NCBI GenBank assembly: GCA_963823035.1
Contig: CAWGKG010000023.1
Span: 64,001 to 128,000, forward strand
DNA from: an uncultured Gemmatimonadales bacterium
GTDB taxonomy: Bacteria > Gemmatimonadota > Gemmatimonadetes > Longimicrobiales > Gaopeijiaceae
Reading direction: 5' to 3'
DNA: 64,000 nucleotides
Shown here: positions 54,072-64,000 of the stretch, piece by piece
Layout of the letters: each line of letters begins with the position of its first letter
How positions within the stretch are numbered: position 1 is the first letter of the stretch
Translations under genes and position numbers: made by a program
The notes under the pieces: generated by a model
Database searches by the model: none
What the model was told of the DNA's origin: nothing
The model's input: the letters and a program-made list of their open reading frames with translations, nothing else

Positions 54072-54455
54072 CTACCGGTTGACGCGGACGATCTGGAGAG
54101 CGCCGGTAAGCCGCCGCTTCACGTATACGACCTGCACCTGGTCGCCGTCCTGCACGGCCTCGAACGAGGCTTGATTCACCTGGGCCGTCACTTCCCGTCC
54201 GTCGATGGTCACGTTCACCAGGTACGCCTCGGGCGTCACCTGTGGGCGCACGTACGATCGCCCATCGATCACCTGTGTGACGTACGACTTCCCGGGCTCC
54301 TTGTAGGCCTTCCCGACCACCGAGGCGGTGGCCGTCTGCTCGGCGAGTCCGACGGTGTTCACGGCCATGAACAGCCAATAGAGCGCGACGAGGACGATGA
54401 CGACCACGCCCACCTTGTACATCACCGTGCCCTGCGGGCCGTCGGCCGGGGTCAT
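54072..54455 (-). CDS. Small membrane-anchored beta-rich hypothetical protein
   Basis: One N-terminal TM helix followed by an OB-fold-like beta pattern (VVGKAY...YLVNVTIDG...VQDGDQVQVVY); ATGA overlap with DUF2169. Confidence 0.55.
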   Translation of the reverse strand: MTPADGPQGTVMYKVGVVVIVLVALYWLFMAVNTVGLAEQTATASVVGKAYKEPGKSYVTQVIDGRSYVRPQVTPEAYLVNVTIDGREVTAQVNQASFEAVQDGDQVQVVYVKRRLTGALQIVRVNR

Positions 54456-55582
54456 TGGACGATCACCTCCATCTTCTTCATCTCGGGCAGCCAGTCGGGC
54501 CCGCGGTATGGGAATGCGGCCCGCCAGACCATGTCCACGCGTCGCTCCTCGACCTGCACCATCACGGTGTGCAGGACGACCGGCGCCTCCTGAGCGCCCT
54601 CACCGAGGTCCAGCACCAGGCCGGGGCGCTCTCCGGGCAGATGGAACAAGAGGCGTCCATCGGGCGTCAAGTTGGCGGCCGCGATGACCTCGTCGCCGGC
54701 GAGGTAGGGTACGGCCAGCCCGCTGGATGCGCCATTGAAGAAGCGGAAGTCCATGTCCGGGAGCCCGGTCTGTTCGTACATCTCCTTCTGTTCGGGGGGA
54801 ACGAATTGCGCGTACGCCTTCCTCAATTCCTGCTCCGTCGCACGGTCCGCGGGCATCACGCCGGCCAGTGAGGCGCGGGGCTGCCACGTCTTGTGCACCC
54901 AGCCGAAGCCGGCGGGCATCGGCTGGCGTTCCCAGTACATGAAATGGCCGACGCACAGACGCTCCGGCGTGAGCGGATCGGCGGGATCCTCGATGTTCGG
55001 GAGCGGGAGGTTGTCGACCGCGCGTGGGACATTGCGCTCGGCGAAGCCGCGGCCGAGGGGATTGCGGGCGTAGACGACCTGAACCTTCGGGTCGGAGTAG
55101 ATGTCGACGCCGCCATAGGCCCGCTCGTACAGGAGCTGCATCTCTGTGAATGGCTGCGGTTCGGTGAACAGCGGCGCCGCACCCTCCTGGTAGCGGGCGA
55201 CGCGATCACCGACCACCAGGACGTCTTTGCGCACGTTGCCCACGACGACCGACGCGATGAGGGATCGCACCGCCTTCCCCCCGGGGGAGTAGGCCTTGGC
55301 GATGAAGACGACGTCGGTCGCCACCTTGAACGGAACGAAGTCGCTCTCGAAGCGGACCGACGAGCCCTGAGGATCACCGTAGTGGACGTCGCCGGGAACG
55401 AGCTTGTCGTCCTGCTCCGCGCGCACGCACGCGTCGCCCAGGATATCGTAGCTCTGCTTCAGCAACACCGCGAGCACGTGCTCGCCCTCCGGAGTCTGGC
55501 CGGGCAGGACGATCTTCCTGATCTCGCGTTCTTCGGTCACGTCTATCCGTCCAGTTGGTCGCTCGTTCTCGGCCGTGACCAT
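54452..55582 (-). CDS. DUF2169 family T6SS accessory protein
   Basis: SVRFESDFVPFKVATDVV, VVGDR, LLYERAYGG, RNPLGRG, LPNIEDP, PAGFG...WQPR, FFNGA, LHTVMV...VDMVWR. Confidence 0.85.
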   Translation of the reverse strand: MVTAENERPTGRIDVTEEREIRKIVLPGQTPEGEHVLAVLLKQSYDILGDACVRAEQDDKLVPGDVHYGDPQGSSVRFESDFVPFKVATDVVFIAKAYSPGGKAVRSLIASVVVGNVRKDVLVVGDRVARYQEGAAPLFTEPQPFTEMQLLYERAYGGVDIYSDPKVQVVYARNPLGRGFAERNVPRAVDNLPLPNIEDPADPLTPERLCVGHFMYWERQPMPAGFGWVHKTWQPRASLAGVMPADRATEQELRKAYAQFVPPEQKEMYEQTGLPDMDFRFFNGASSGLAVPYLAGDEVIAAANLTPDGRLLFHLPGERPGLVLDLGEGAQEAPVVLHTVMVQVEERRVDMVWRAAFPYRGPDWLPEMKKMEVIVQ

Positions 55583-55583
55583 C

Positions 55584-56696
55584 TCACAGCACCTCGTACT
55601 CGAGCTTCTTCATCTCGGGCAGCCAGTCCGGGCCCGGGTGCTCGTGCGCGCCGCGCCAGACCAGATCTACCTGCATCGCATCCATGCGGACGCACACCGT
55701 ATGTAGCACTACTTCGAGCTCGTTCCGCCCGAACCCGATGTCCATCACCACCCCCGGCCGCTCCCCGGGCAGCTGGAAGTGGAGCAGACCTTCCACAGTG
55801 AGGCCCGCGAGCCGGACGGGCTCGTCGCCATTCAGGAACGGCAGCGCCAGGCCGAGTGACGCTCCGTTGTTGAAGCGGATGTCGAAGCTCGGCAGCTTGC
55901 GCTGACGCAGGAGCGCGATCTGCCCCTGTGGCACGATGCCCAGTGCCTCCTCGCGCATTACGGTGTCCGGATCCATCCGCCCCTGGATCGATCCGACGAA
56001 CGAGCAGCGTGGATACCATGTCTTCTGGAACCATCCGAACCCCTGGGGCAGCGGCAGATCGTTCCAGGCGTCGCGATCCTCCAGCACCACACGCTGGGGC
56101 GTGAGCGGCTCGTAGGGATCCTCGAGATTGGGCAGGCGGAGGCCGTGTACCGCTTCGGGTACGTTCCTGAGGGCCACCCCTGTGCCGCGATAGTTGCGCG
56201 GGTAGTAGAACGGCAGCGCCGGCTCGCTCACGTGGTCCTCGCCCCCGAACGCGCGGTCGTAGCGGATCGGCATCCTCGTGAACGGCTCAGGATCGGTGAA
56301 CGCGGGAGGCAGCCCTTCGCGGTAGATACAGCATCGGTCGCCGATCACACGGATCGACTTGCCGTGTTCCGCGACCTGAACGCCCACGTCCATCCACGTG
56401 ACGCCCCTTTCCGACGGCGCACACGCCTCTCCGATCACGACGAAGTCGGTGGCGATCTTGTACGGCGCCAGGTCCGACTCGTACTGCACGGTGCTCGTCT
56501 CGGCGTCTCCCTGGTCGTAGTACTCGTCGACCTCGAGGAGCGGGACGGGGCTCTCCGACCGCACGCAGCGCCCGCCGGGCACGATGTCGTACGTGCGCTT
56601 GGCGAGCAGCGCGAAGATGTGCGCTCCCGTCTCCGTCCGGGCTGGCAGCAGCACCACGTCCTTCACGGGAGGCTTGGAGCGGTCGATGGACGTCAT
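55584..56696 (-). CDS. DUF2169 family T6SS accessory protein (paralog)
   Basis: YESDLAPYKIATD, VIGDR, IRYDRAFGG, LPNLEDP, PQGFG..TWYPR, RFNNGA, LHTVCV...VDLVWR. Confidence 0.85.
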   Translation of the reverse strand: MTSIDRSKPPVKDVVLLPARTETGAHIFALLAKRTYDIVPGGRCVRSESPVPLLEVDEYYDQGDAETSTVQYESDLAPYKIATDFVVIGEACAPSERGVTWMDVGVQVAEHGKSIRVIGDRCCIYREGLPPAFTDPEPFTRMPIRYDRAFGGEDHVSEPALPFYYPRNYRGTGVALRNVPEAVHGLRLPNLEDPYEPLTPQRVVLEDRDAWNDLPLPQGFGWFQKTWYPRCSFVGSIQGRMDPDTVMREEALGIVPQGQIALLRQRKLPSFDIRFNNGASLGLALPFLNGDEPVRLAGLTVEGLLHFQLPGERPGVVMDIGFGRNELEVVLHTVCVRMDAMQVDLVWRGAHEHPGPDWLPEMKKLEYEVL

Positions 56697-56709
56697 GATC
56701 GCTACCGGG

Positions 56710-58715
56710 TCACGGATTCAGCATGACCATGCCGCCCTTGACGATGTTCGTCGCCTTCCCATCCGACATGACCTGCGGCGCCTCGATCGACACGTTCGCG
56801 TCACCCTTGATCATGACCGTGAGGCCTTTGGCCTCCACGGACGTGTCGGCGGCGATGCCGACCGCTCCGCCCTGCTTGCCCTCAATCGACACGTTGACCC
56901 CCTTCAGCTCGATCGTCCCGTCCGACTTCATGAGAAGCGAGCTGCTCCCCACCTCCAGCTTGATCTCGGTGGCCGCCGTGATCTCGATCTTGGACGATTC
57001 CGATGTGATCGCGATCTCGTTCTTCACGGTGTCGGTCTGCTTGCCTGCTGAAACCGAGGTGCTCATGTCGCCCGCGGTGACCGTGGTGCTCAGGTTGCCC
57101 TCGGAGATCGTGACGTTCGTGTCCTTCTTGAATCGTCTCCGTGTGCGTGCCGATCGACCGTGATCGTGCGGTCGTTGTTCACCGTCTGCGTCTCGTCGTG
57201 CTCGACGGTGGTACCCATGTCGTACTGGGCGTGGATGGTGATCTTCTCCTCGCCCGCCGTGTCCGTCATGGTGATCTCGTTGCTGCCTCCGCCACCGGGA
57301 GAGGTCCGGGACTTCATCCCCATCTGGATCCCGGCACCGGGGAGCGCGAAGGGCACCGCCTGCTCCGCGTTGTAGACGCTTCCCGTGACGATCGGCGCGT
57401 CGGGATTGCCCTCGAGGAAGTCGACGATCACCTCGTTGCCGATGCGGGGGATCGAGATCGACCCGTAGCCCTTGCCCGCCCAGAAGGACACGACGCGTAC
57501 GAAGAGCGAGCTGTTCTGGTCTCTCTGACCCAGGCGATCCCAGTAGAACTGGATCTTGATGCGGCCGTACTCGTCGGTGTAGACCTCCTCCCCGGCGGGG
57601 CCCACCACGACCGCGGTCTGCGACCCGTGGATGCGCGGCTTGCGGCTGCGTCGCGGCGGCCGGTAGGGAGTGGCCGAGGGGATGCACACGAAGGTGTTGT
57701 TGTACTCGGTGCTCGCCGTATCCCACGAGCGATAGTCGCCCGCCTCGGCTCGATGCGACACGTGCAGGAGCAGGTACTCCTGGTTCGCATCGGCACGGTA
57801 GTGCTCCTCGAGCGTGAACTTGTGCCCGCTCACGAAGGCGCGGCAGTTGCTCGCGCCTCGGACCACCTGCCCCCCGCACGCGCCCTCTTCGAGGAGGAGC
57901 TGCGCGTAGCGCGCGCCCTCGTCCAGCTCCACGTAGTGCCCGGGATAGTCGTAGACCTCCTCCCAGTCCTCGCTCTCGGCGGCTGTTTCCAGGTTCAGGG
58001 AGGGACGCGTGAAGTCGTAGTCGCGCAGCGTGACCTTCCCGAGGTGCACGGCGGACTCCAGCGAGATCGACGTGACCACGTCCTCGTCCTGCCAGGGGCC
58101 CTCCTCGACCGCCATGCGCACGGCGTCCTGCGCGGGGCAGGGCTGGCAGGTGCTGTTCAGGTCCGCGAGGACGAGCGTGTGCGTGTCCTGCGTGTGCTCG
58201 AAGAAGTAGAAGATGCCCTCTTCCTCGAGAAGGCGGGACACGAAGTTGAAGTGCGTCTCCCGGTACTGCACGCAGTACTCGCGCGGGGCGTAGGTCTGCG
58301 AGCAGCGTAGCTCGTAGTCGGTGTAGCCCAGCCCGTCGAACACCTCCTGCACGATGTCCAGCACCGACTTGTTCTGGAACACCTTGCAGTCCTGCGACAG
58401 CGTCAGGAACCAGAGCCAGGGCACCAGCTCGACGCTGTAGAACGTGAGATCCTCCTGCTGACCCATCTGCGCGAAGCGCCGCACCAGACCGTGGATCTTC
58501 CGCTCCCCCCCGTCCTGCAGGTTCACGGTCACGACCATGGGCTGGCGGAGGAGCTCGGATGGATCGACGGCCTCCTCCTCGGAGAGGAGCTCGAGGGTGT
58601 AGTGGTAGGGAACGGATACACCCTCGTCTCCGTGGAATCGCTGCAGGAGGAGCACGTCGGGGTCGAGCGGCGTGTCGACGCGGAAGGGCCGGCCCGCCTG
58701 CGTGAAGCTACCCAT
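56710..58715 (-). CDS. tssI: Type VI secretion spike protein VgrG; frameshift near 57150
   Basis: YCVQYRETHFNFVSRLLEEEGIFYFF, YDYPG, QTAVVVGPAGEEVYTDEYGRIKIQFYWDR, IPRIGNEVIVDFLEGNPDAP, GSVYN, beta-helix tail ending KGGMVMLN. Confidence 0.95.
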
Positions 58716-58759
58716 CGCACCGCCTCCGTTCGGGTTCCGTGCGAAACCGCTCGCTGACG

Positions 58760-61576
58760 CGTCATGACGCCCCCGCCGAAGCGGTCTTGCTCGGCCCCGG
58801 CCGACGCCTCCGAGCTCGTCACGCCGTTGTAGAGGAACGAGCCGTCCTCCGCGAGATCGATCCGGATCTCCCCCGGCTTCGTGCCGTCGACCATCGACCG
58901 CAGCAGGATGGTCGACAGGTCCGGCAGCAGGGTGTTCGTGAGGATGTTGTCGATGTTGCGCGCGCCGCTCTCCACCTCGGTGCACCGGCTGGCGATCTCG
59001 TCCACCAGCGCGTCGCTGAGCGTCAGCTGTACGCGGTGGCTGGCGTGCATACGCCGCTGCACCTTGGCGAGCTTGAGGCGGATGATACTCTTGAGCGCCT
59101 CGTCCCGGATCGGGTAGTAGGGCACGATGACGGTGCGGCCGAGCAGCGCCGGCTTGAACACCTTGTCCAGCTCGGCCTTGATCGACTTCACCAGCCCCGC
59201 GGGGCTGGGCATGGTCTCCGGATCCGCGCACAGGGCCATCAGCTCGTCCGTGGCGGCGTTCGTGGTGAGGATGATGATCGTGTTCTTGAAGTCGATCTCC
59301 CGCCCCTCACCGTCCTCCATCCGGCCCTTGTCGAACACCTGGAAGAAGAGCTCCATCACGTCCGGGTGCGCCTTCTCGACCTCGTCGAGCAGCACCACCG
59401 AGTAGGGCTTGCGGCGCACCGCCTCGGTGAGCACGCCGCCCTCCCCGTAGCCGACGTATCCGGGAGGGGAGCCCTTGAGCGTCGAGACCGTGTGCGCCTC
59501 CTGGAACTCCGACATGGCGATGGTGATCAGGTTGTGCTCGCCACCGTACAACAGATCCGAGAGGGTGAGCGCGGTTTCGGTCTTGCCGACGCCGCTGGGG
59601 CCCACCAGGAGGAAGACGCCCACGGGCTTGCCGGGGTCCTCGATGCTCGCCTTGGACGAGCGGATCCTGTGGCTCAGCACCTCGAGCGCGTGGTCCTGGC
59701 CGATGATGCGCTCCCCGAGGTACCTCTCGAGCTCGAGCGCCATCGCCATGTCGTCGCGCATCATCTTCCCGACCGGGATGCCGGTCCATCCGGAGATGAC
59801 CTGCCCCACCAACTCCCCGTCCACGGAGACCGGCACGAGCGGGTCCTCTCCCTGGATCGTCCTCCAGCTCCGCGTCCAGCCGCTTGAGCTCGTCACGGAG
59901 CGCGGCGGCGTCCACCGGGGCGGCGGCCTCGGCGGCGGGGGCGGGTCGCGGCGGGGGCGGCTTCGCCTCCTCCGCGGCGCCCGGCCTCGCCCTGGGCGGT
60001 GGTCTCGGCGGACGCGCCCTGTCCGTTCGCCTGCGCGCCGTCGTCGGCCGTGGCCTCGAGGCGTGCGCGCGTCTCCCGGATCTTCGTGACCAGGTCGCGC
60101 TCCTTGCTTCCACCGCTCCTCCAGCCCGGCCAGCTCGACCTGGATCGCCTCACGGCGGGCGGCCAGCTCCGCGAGCCGCTCGGCGTGGTCGATGCCCAGC
60201 GTCTCCTCGCGCCGGAGCACGCGCATCTGCACGTCCACGTCCTGGAGGCGGCGCATGGCGCTCTCCACCGGCGGAGGCGTGGAGCTCTGTCCGAGCGCCA
60301 GCCGTGCGCAGGCCGTGTCCAGCACGCTCACCGCCTTGTCGGGCAGCTGCCGCTCCGACAGGTAGCGCGCCGACAGCCTGACGGCCGCGTCCATCCCGTC
60401 GTCCAGGATCCGCACCTTGTGGTGCTTCTCCAGGCTGGGGACGACGCCGCGGAGCATGACCTTGCACACCTCCTCCTCGGGCTCCTCCACCTTCACCACC
60501 TGGAAGCGGCGCGTCAGAGCGGGGTCCTTCTCGAAGTACTTCTTGTACTCGGACCAGGTGGTGGCGGCGAGCGTGCGCAGCTCCCCGCGCGCCAGGGCGG
60601 GCTTGAGGAGGTTGGCGGCATCGTTCTGCCCGGCCGCGCCGCCGGCGCCGATCATCGTGTGCGCCTCGTCGATGAAGAGGATGATCGGCGTCGCCGACCC
60701 CTTCACCTCGTCGATGAGCCCCTTGAGCCGACTCTCGAACTCCCCTTTCACGCCGGCACCGGCCTGCAGGAGCGCCAGGTCGAGGCTGCGCACGGAGACG
60801 TTCCGGAGCACCGGCGGCACCTCGCCCGCGGCCACGCGCATGGCGAATCCCTCCACCACGGCCGTCTTCCCGACCCCGGCCTCTCCAACCAGGATCGGGT
60901 TGTTCTGGCGCCGGCGCGTGAGGATGTCGACGACCTGACGGATCTCGAAGTCGCGGCCGAGCACGGGGTCCAGCTCACCCTGCCGCGCCTGCTCCGTGAG
61001 GTCCTGCGTGTACTTGTCCAGCTTGGCGGTCTTGCCGCTTCCGGGTCGCGCGGCGCCGGTGGGTGCGCCGGCCTCCCCCTCCTCGACGTAGCCTCCCGCT
61101 TCCTCCTCCACCGACTTGGCGACGATGCTCTCGAACTCCTGGCGAAGCTGGTCGACCGGGATCTTCTCCAGCTCGCGGCTGGACGCCACCACGCGAGAGC
61201 GCAGGTCGGCGTGCACGAGCAGCGCCAGGAGCGTGTGGCCGGTGCGGATGCGGCGCGCGCCGTAGTCCACCGAGCCGAGGAGCCACCCCTCCTGGAGCAT
61301 GCTCACCAGCTTCGGGCTCAGCGACGGACGGTCGCCGCTGCCCGTCTTCATCCGGTCGAGGTGATCGGTCAGCTCCGAGGCGAGCCGCGAGCGGTTCACC
61401 CCGAAGTGCTTGAGGATGAAGGCCACGTCGCCGTCCGTGGCGTCGAGGAGCTTCATGAGGTAGTGGTCGATCTCGACGTCGTAGTGCGTGAGCGACATGC
61501 AGTAGCCGGCGGCCGCATCCATCGCGGCGCGGGTCTCGTCGTTCAGCTTCCCGATGAGGGACTTGAGATTCACCAT
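58760..61576 (-). CDS. tssH: Type VI secretion ATPase ClpV; compensating frameshifts near 60105 and 59860; 3' end approximate
   Basis: LKSLIGKLN, LDPVLGRDFEIRQVVDILTRRRQNNPILVGEAGVGKT, LQAGAGVKGEFE, DAANLLKPALARGELR, GPSGVGKTETA, GSPPGYVGYGEGGVLTEAVRR, ESGAR. Confidence 0.95.
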
Positions 61577-61588
61577 GGCAGACCTCGC

Positions 61589-62635
61589 TCAGAGCGAGAG
61601 GACGGTATCGGAGGCATCCTGCTGGAACGGCGCCGAGCGCAGCCAGGTCGACCACCCCAGCGGGGTGGCCTCCTCCGCGCCCAACTCGATGGTCGGCACT
61701 TCGTTCTTCTCGAGGATCAAGCGTAGCTCGAACTCGATCTGGTCGTCCGAGAAGAAGCGTGTGATGGCCCGCATCTCCCGGTGCGCGGGCCCCGTCGGGA
61801 GGAAATCACGGTAGCGGCTCATCGGGACCGGGCCCACCACGATGCGCGCCCGCGCGTTCGGGTCCCATACCTCGTCGCCGATGAGGGCGCCGAAGCCCAG
61901 GCGGGTGGAGCCGTCGCCCTCTTCGTCGTCGACTCGGCACTGCGCGACCCCGGTCATGTCGTACCAGGCGCCGACGAACTGCTCCACCTCGATCGGGACC
62001 TCGAAGTAGTCCTCCAGAAGCTGCTGCAACGCGCCCGCGCTGCGCTGGTGCGGTCCGAGGAGGCCGACGTAGCCGAGGAGCGTCTCGGGCTCGATGTCGA
62101 GCGCCTCGCGCGCGCCGGCGTTGCCCAGGCCGATGAGGTCGAAGAGGTGGGCCGTGACCCTGTCCCGCTCGCCCCGCTCCCACGGCACGTAGAAGCGGTA
62201 GCGCTCCCACGCCCGATAGAACAGCGCCAGCAGGCGGTGGTGGAAGAGGTCGAGGAAGTCGCGCAGCGCGAAGTCACGCGCGCGGTTGCGCGCCATCACC
62301 TCCACGGAGTAGTGGTGCGGAAGCACGCCCATGTGCCCGACCAGCCCCATGAAGTTGACCGACATGTTCCAGCGCGGCGAATCCGGCGGGAGGTCCAGAT
62401 CCTGGATCTCGCCCGCCGGAAAGGCGAGGTCGGGGTTCGCGCCGAAGCGCACGACCTCGTCGCCGGGGTGGCCGAACAGCCCCACCGGCGCCCGCTCCGG
62501 AGAGGCGTGCTGCAGCAGGCGCACGGCCTGGAAGAAGCGGAAGGAGTGGATGTGCTCCTTCAGCTCCCCGAGGAGCGCTTCGCGGGCCGTCTGGTCGCTC
62601 ACAGGAGCGGCTTCTGTCCTGCCCTCGGTGGCCAT
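61589..62635 (-). CDS. tssG: Type VI secretion baseplate subunit TssG
   Basis: FRFFQAVRLL, LAFPAGEI, VNFMGLVG...LPHHY, DFLDLFHHRL..LFYRAW, RSAGAL..LL..YF, VEQFVGAW, FLPTG, LGWSTWL. Confidence 0.92.
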   Translation of the reverse strand: MATEGRTEAAPVSDQTAREALLGELKEHIHSFRFFQAVRLLQHASPERAPVGLFGHPGDEVVRFGANPDLAFPAGEIQDLDLPPDSPRWNMSVNFMGLVGHMGVLPHHYSVEVMARNRARDFALRDFLDLFHHRLLALFYRAWERYRFYVPWERGERDRVTAHLFDLIGLGNAGAREALDIEPETLLGYVGLLGPHQRSAGALQQLLEDYFEVPIEVEQFVGAWYDMTGVAQCRVDDEEGDGSTRLGFGALIGDEVWDPNARARIVVGPVPMSRYRDFLPTGPAHREMRAITRFFSDDQIEFELRLILEKNEVPTIELGAEEATPLGWSTWLRSAPFQQDASDTVLSL

Positions 62636-64000
62636 GCCTTCAGAATCTCCGGACGCTGTTTGGTTCTGGCAACAAGGCGCGAGAAGCTGTTGAGCGAGGC
62701 GTACTGGGCCAGGAAGCGCTCCAGCACCGACGCGAACAGGTACACGCTTCCCCCCGTGAAGGCCTCCTCGTCGAACTCGATCTCGACGCTTCGACCGCGG
62801 GCGAAGCTCAGCCCGTGCTCGCTCTGGACCGGCGCGTGCAGGGGCTCTCCGCGAATGCGGAGGATGCCGTCCACGTGCCGCTCCCCCGTCGGGGCGCCGC
62901 CGAAGTTGTACAGGCGGATCATCTCCCGGAACGCGTCGGCCCCGCGGTCGACGAGCGAGAGGTGGTTCAGGGAGAGCATCGACACCAACCGCCACAGCTC
63001 CTCCCCACCCAGCGGCGGCCGCACCACCCGCGTCGGCGCCGTCAGCATGAAGATGCCCGTGAGCGGCGCGCTCTCCTCCTCCAGGTGCAGATCCGACTGC
63101 GCCGTCCCGAAGGGAAGCTCGTTGGGGAGGTTCCCGTTCGAGCACAGCACCCTCGCGCCGACCGACGGGAACTCCGGGTGCAGCGTCGCGCCGCTCAGGT
63201 CCACGAAGGAGATCGACACCTCGGAGGGGCTGTTCTCGCCCCAGGCGCGCGGCTGCCGCTTCGCGTACCAGAACAGGCCTTCGCCCCGCTCGGGCCTGCG
63301 GTGCTTGAGGGCGAAGAAGGGCAGGAACGGCACCTTGGTGGTGGTGCCCGGGGAGATCGCGAAGACGTCCTCGACCGAGAACACCTCCGCCTCGCCGTGC
63401 ACGCGTGACCGGGTACTCGCTCTTGCGCTGGTTCAGGTTGATCGGCCGCGCCTCGGCCGGAAAGAGGTTCACGACCGGCGTGCACGAGAGGCGCAGGCTG
63501 CGGTCCCCGACGCCGTCCTGCAGGCGGGCGTGCCGCTCCGGGCGCTGGAACGTCGAGATGTAGAAGAGGAGCTGGAAGGACTCACCGAAGCCCCTCCCGG
63601 CCATCCCGTCGAGCCCCTTCACGTCGATGAAGAAGTACTTCTGTGGGAAGGCGAAGTACTCCTGGATCATGCGGAACGGATAGAAGGAGCGCTGCGGCTG
63701 CGGCAGGAGCCCGTCGCCGGGCTCGAAGCCGACCGGCTGGACCGCGGCACCCGGCAGCACGAGGGGACGGGAGGTCGGACCCGCGTCCGGGTTCCACGCC
63801 ACCACGCGCACGCAGTTGTTCAGCAGCAGCTCGTAGAGCGACCCGACGAGCCCCGGATCCGCGTCGAGGTAGAAGCGCAGCTCGGAGAGGCCGATCTCGT
63901 CCACGGGGATCTGTCCGAGCGTGTGGACGTCGACGCGCAGCACGGCGAACGCGGACGTGGCGGTCGGACCCTTCACCTCGTGCGCGGCGTGCCAACCCAC
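62599..64000 (-). CDS. tssF: Type VI secretion baseplate subunit TssF (5' truncated by window edge); frameshift near 63405
   Basis: LRFYL, IQEYFAFPQKYFF, LSCTPVVNLF, LWRLVSMLSLNHLSL, FARG, YLFASVLERFLAQYASLNSF, WPPRAG. Confidence 0.92.

Noticed and set aside
1564..63410. About 20 frameshifted genes suggesting mass pseudogenisation or programmed frameshifting
   Set aside because: Indels are scattered across unrelated genes, often in G/C runs, with motifs intact on both sides; long-read consensus error is the simplest explanation
61589..64000. 803-aa apparent TssF-TssG fusion
   Set aside because: Caused by the frameshift near 63405; TssF ends at 62599 in another frame and TssG starts at 62635

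Overview
GC-rich bacterial DNA. The gene content (carboxypeptidase-regulatory-like proteins, Ig-like lipoproteins, BNR-repeat hydrolases) is compatible with Gemmatimonadota, but that is inference only. About 20 genes carry single-base frameshifts, consistent with an unpolished long-read assembly, so genes were reconstructed across frames and some boundaries are approximate. The window has four blocks. (1) 1-12.5 kb: a pentose (L-arabinose/D-xylose) catabolic locus with an SSS transporter, xylose-isomerase-like enzyme, araB, araD, an internally deleted HAD gene, xylulokinase, a large secreted DUF5695-like protein and araA. (2) 12.7-36.8 kb: housekeeping and secreted enzymes (qor, M3 peptidase, LysE, divergent IMPDH/GMPR, BNR hydrolase, lactonase, Zn metalloprotease, PadR module, Gly-repeat protein, collapsed MCP, hybrid histidine kinase, GH3). 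(3) 36.8-48 kb: an envelope and signalling cassette with an Ig/Fn3 lipoprotein, putative OM barrel, two CsgG-like/TPR proteins, an FHA-TM-trypsin protease, a Hanks kinase with DFD instead of DFG, a cyclase-FHA protein and a PP2C phosphatase. (4) 48-64 kb: the distal part of a type VI secretion locus (tssF, tssG, clpV, vgrG, two tandem DUF2169 genes, a stand-alone PAAR-like/TM protein) facing an oppositely oriented, PAAR-less Rhs-nuclease plus SMI1/KNR4 immunity pair. The best candidates for something new are the T6SS-adjacent pThr/cAMP/protease/CsgG cassette and the apparently split PAAR/Rhs effector.
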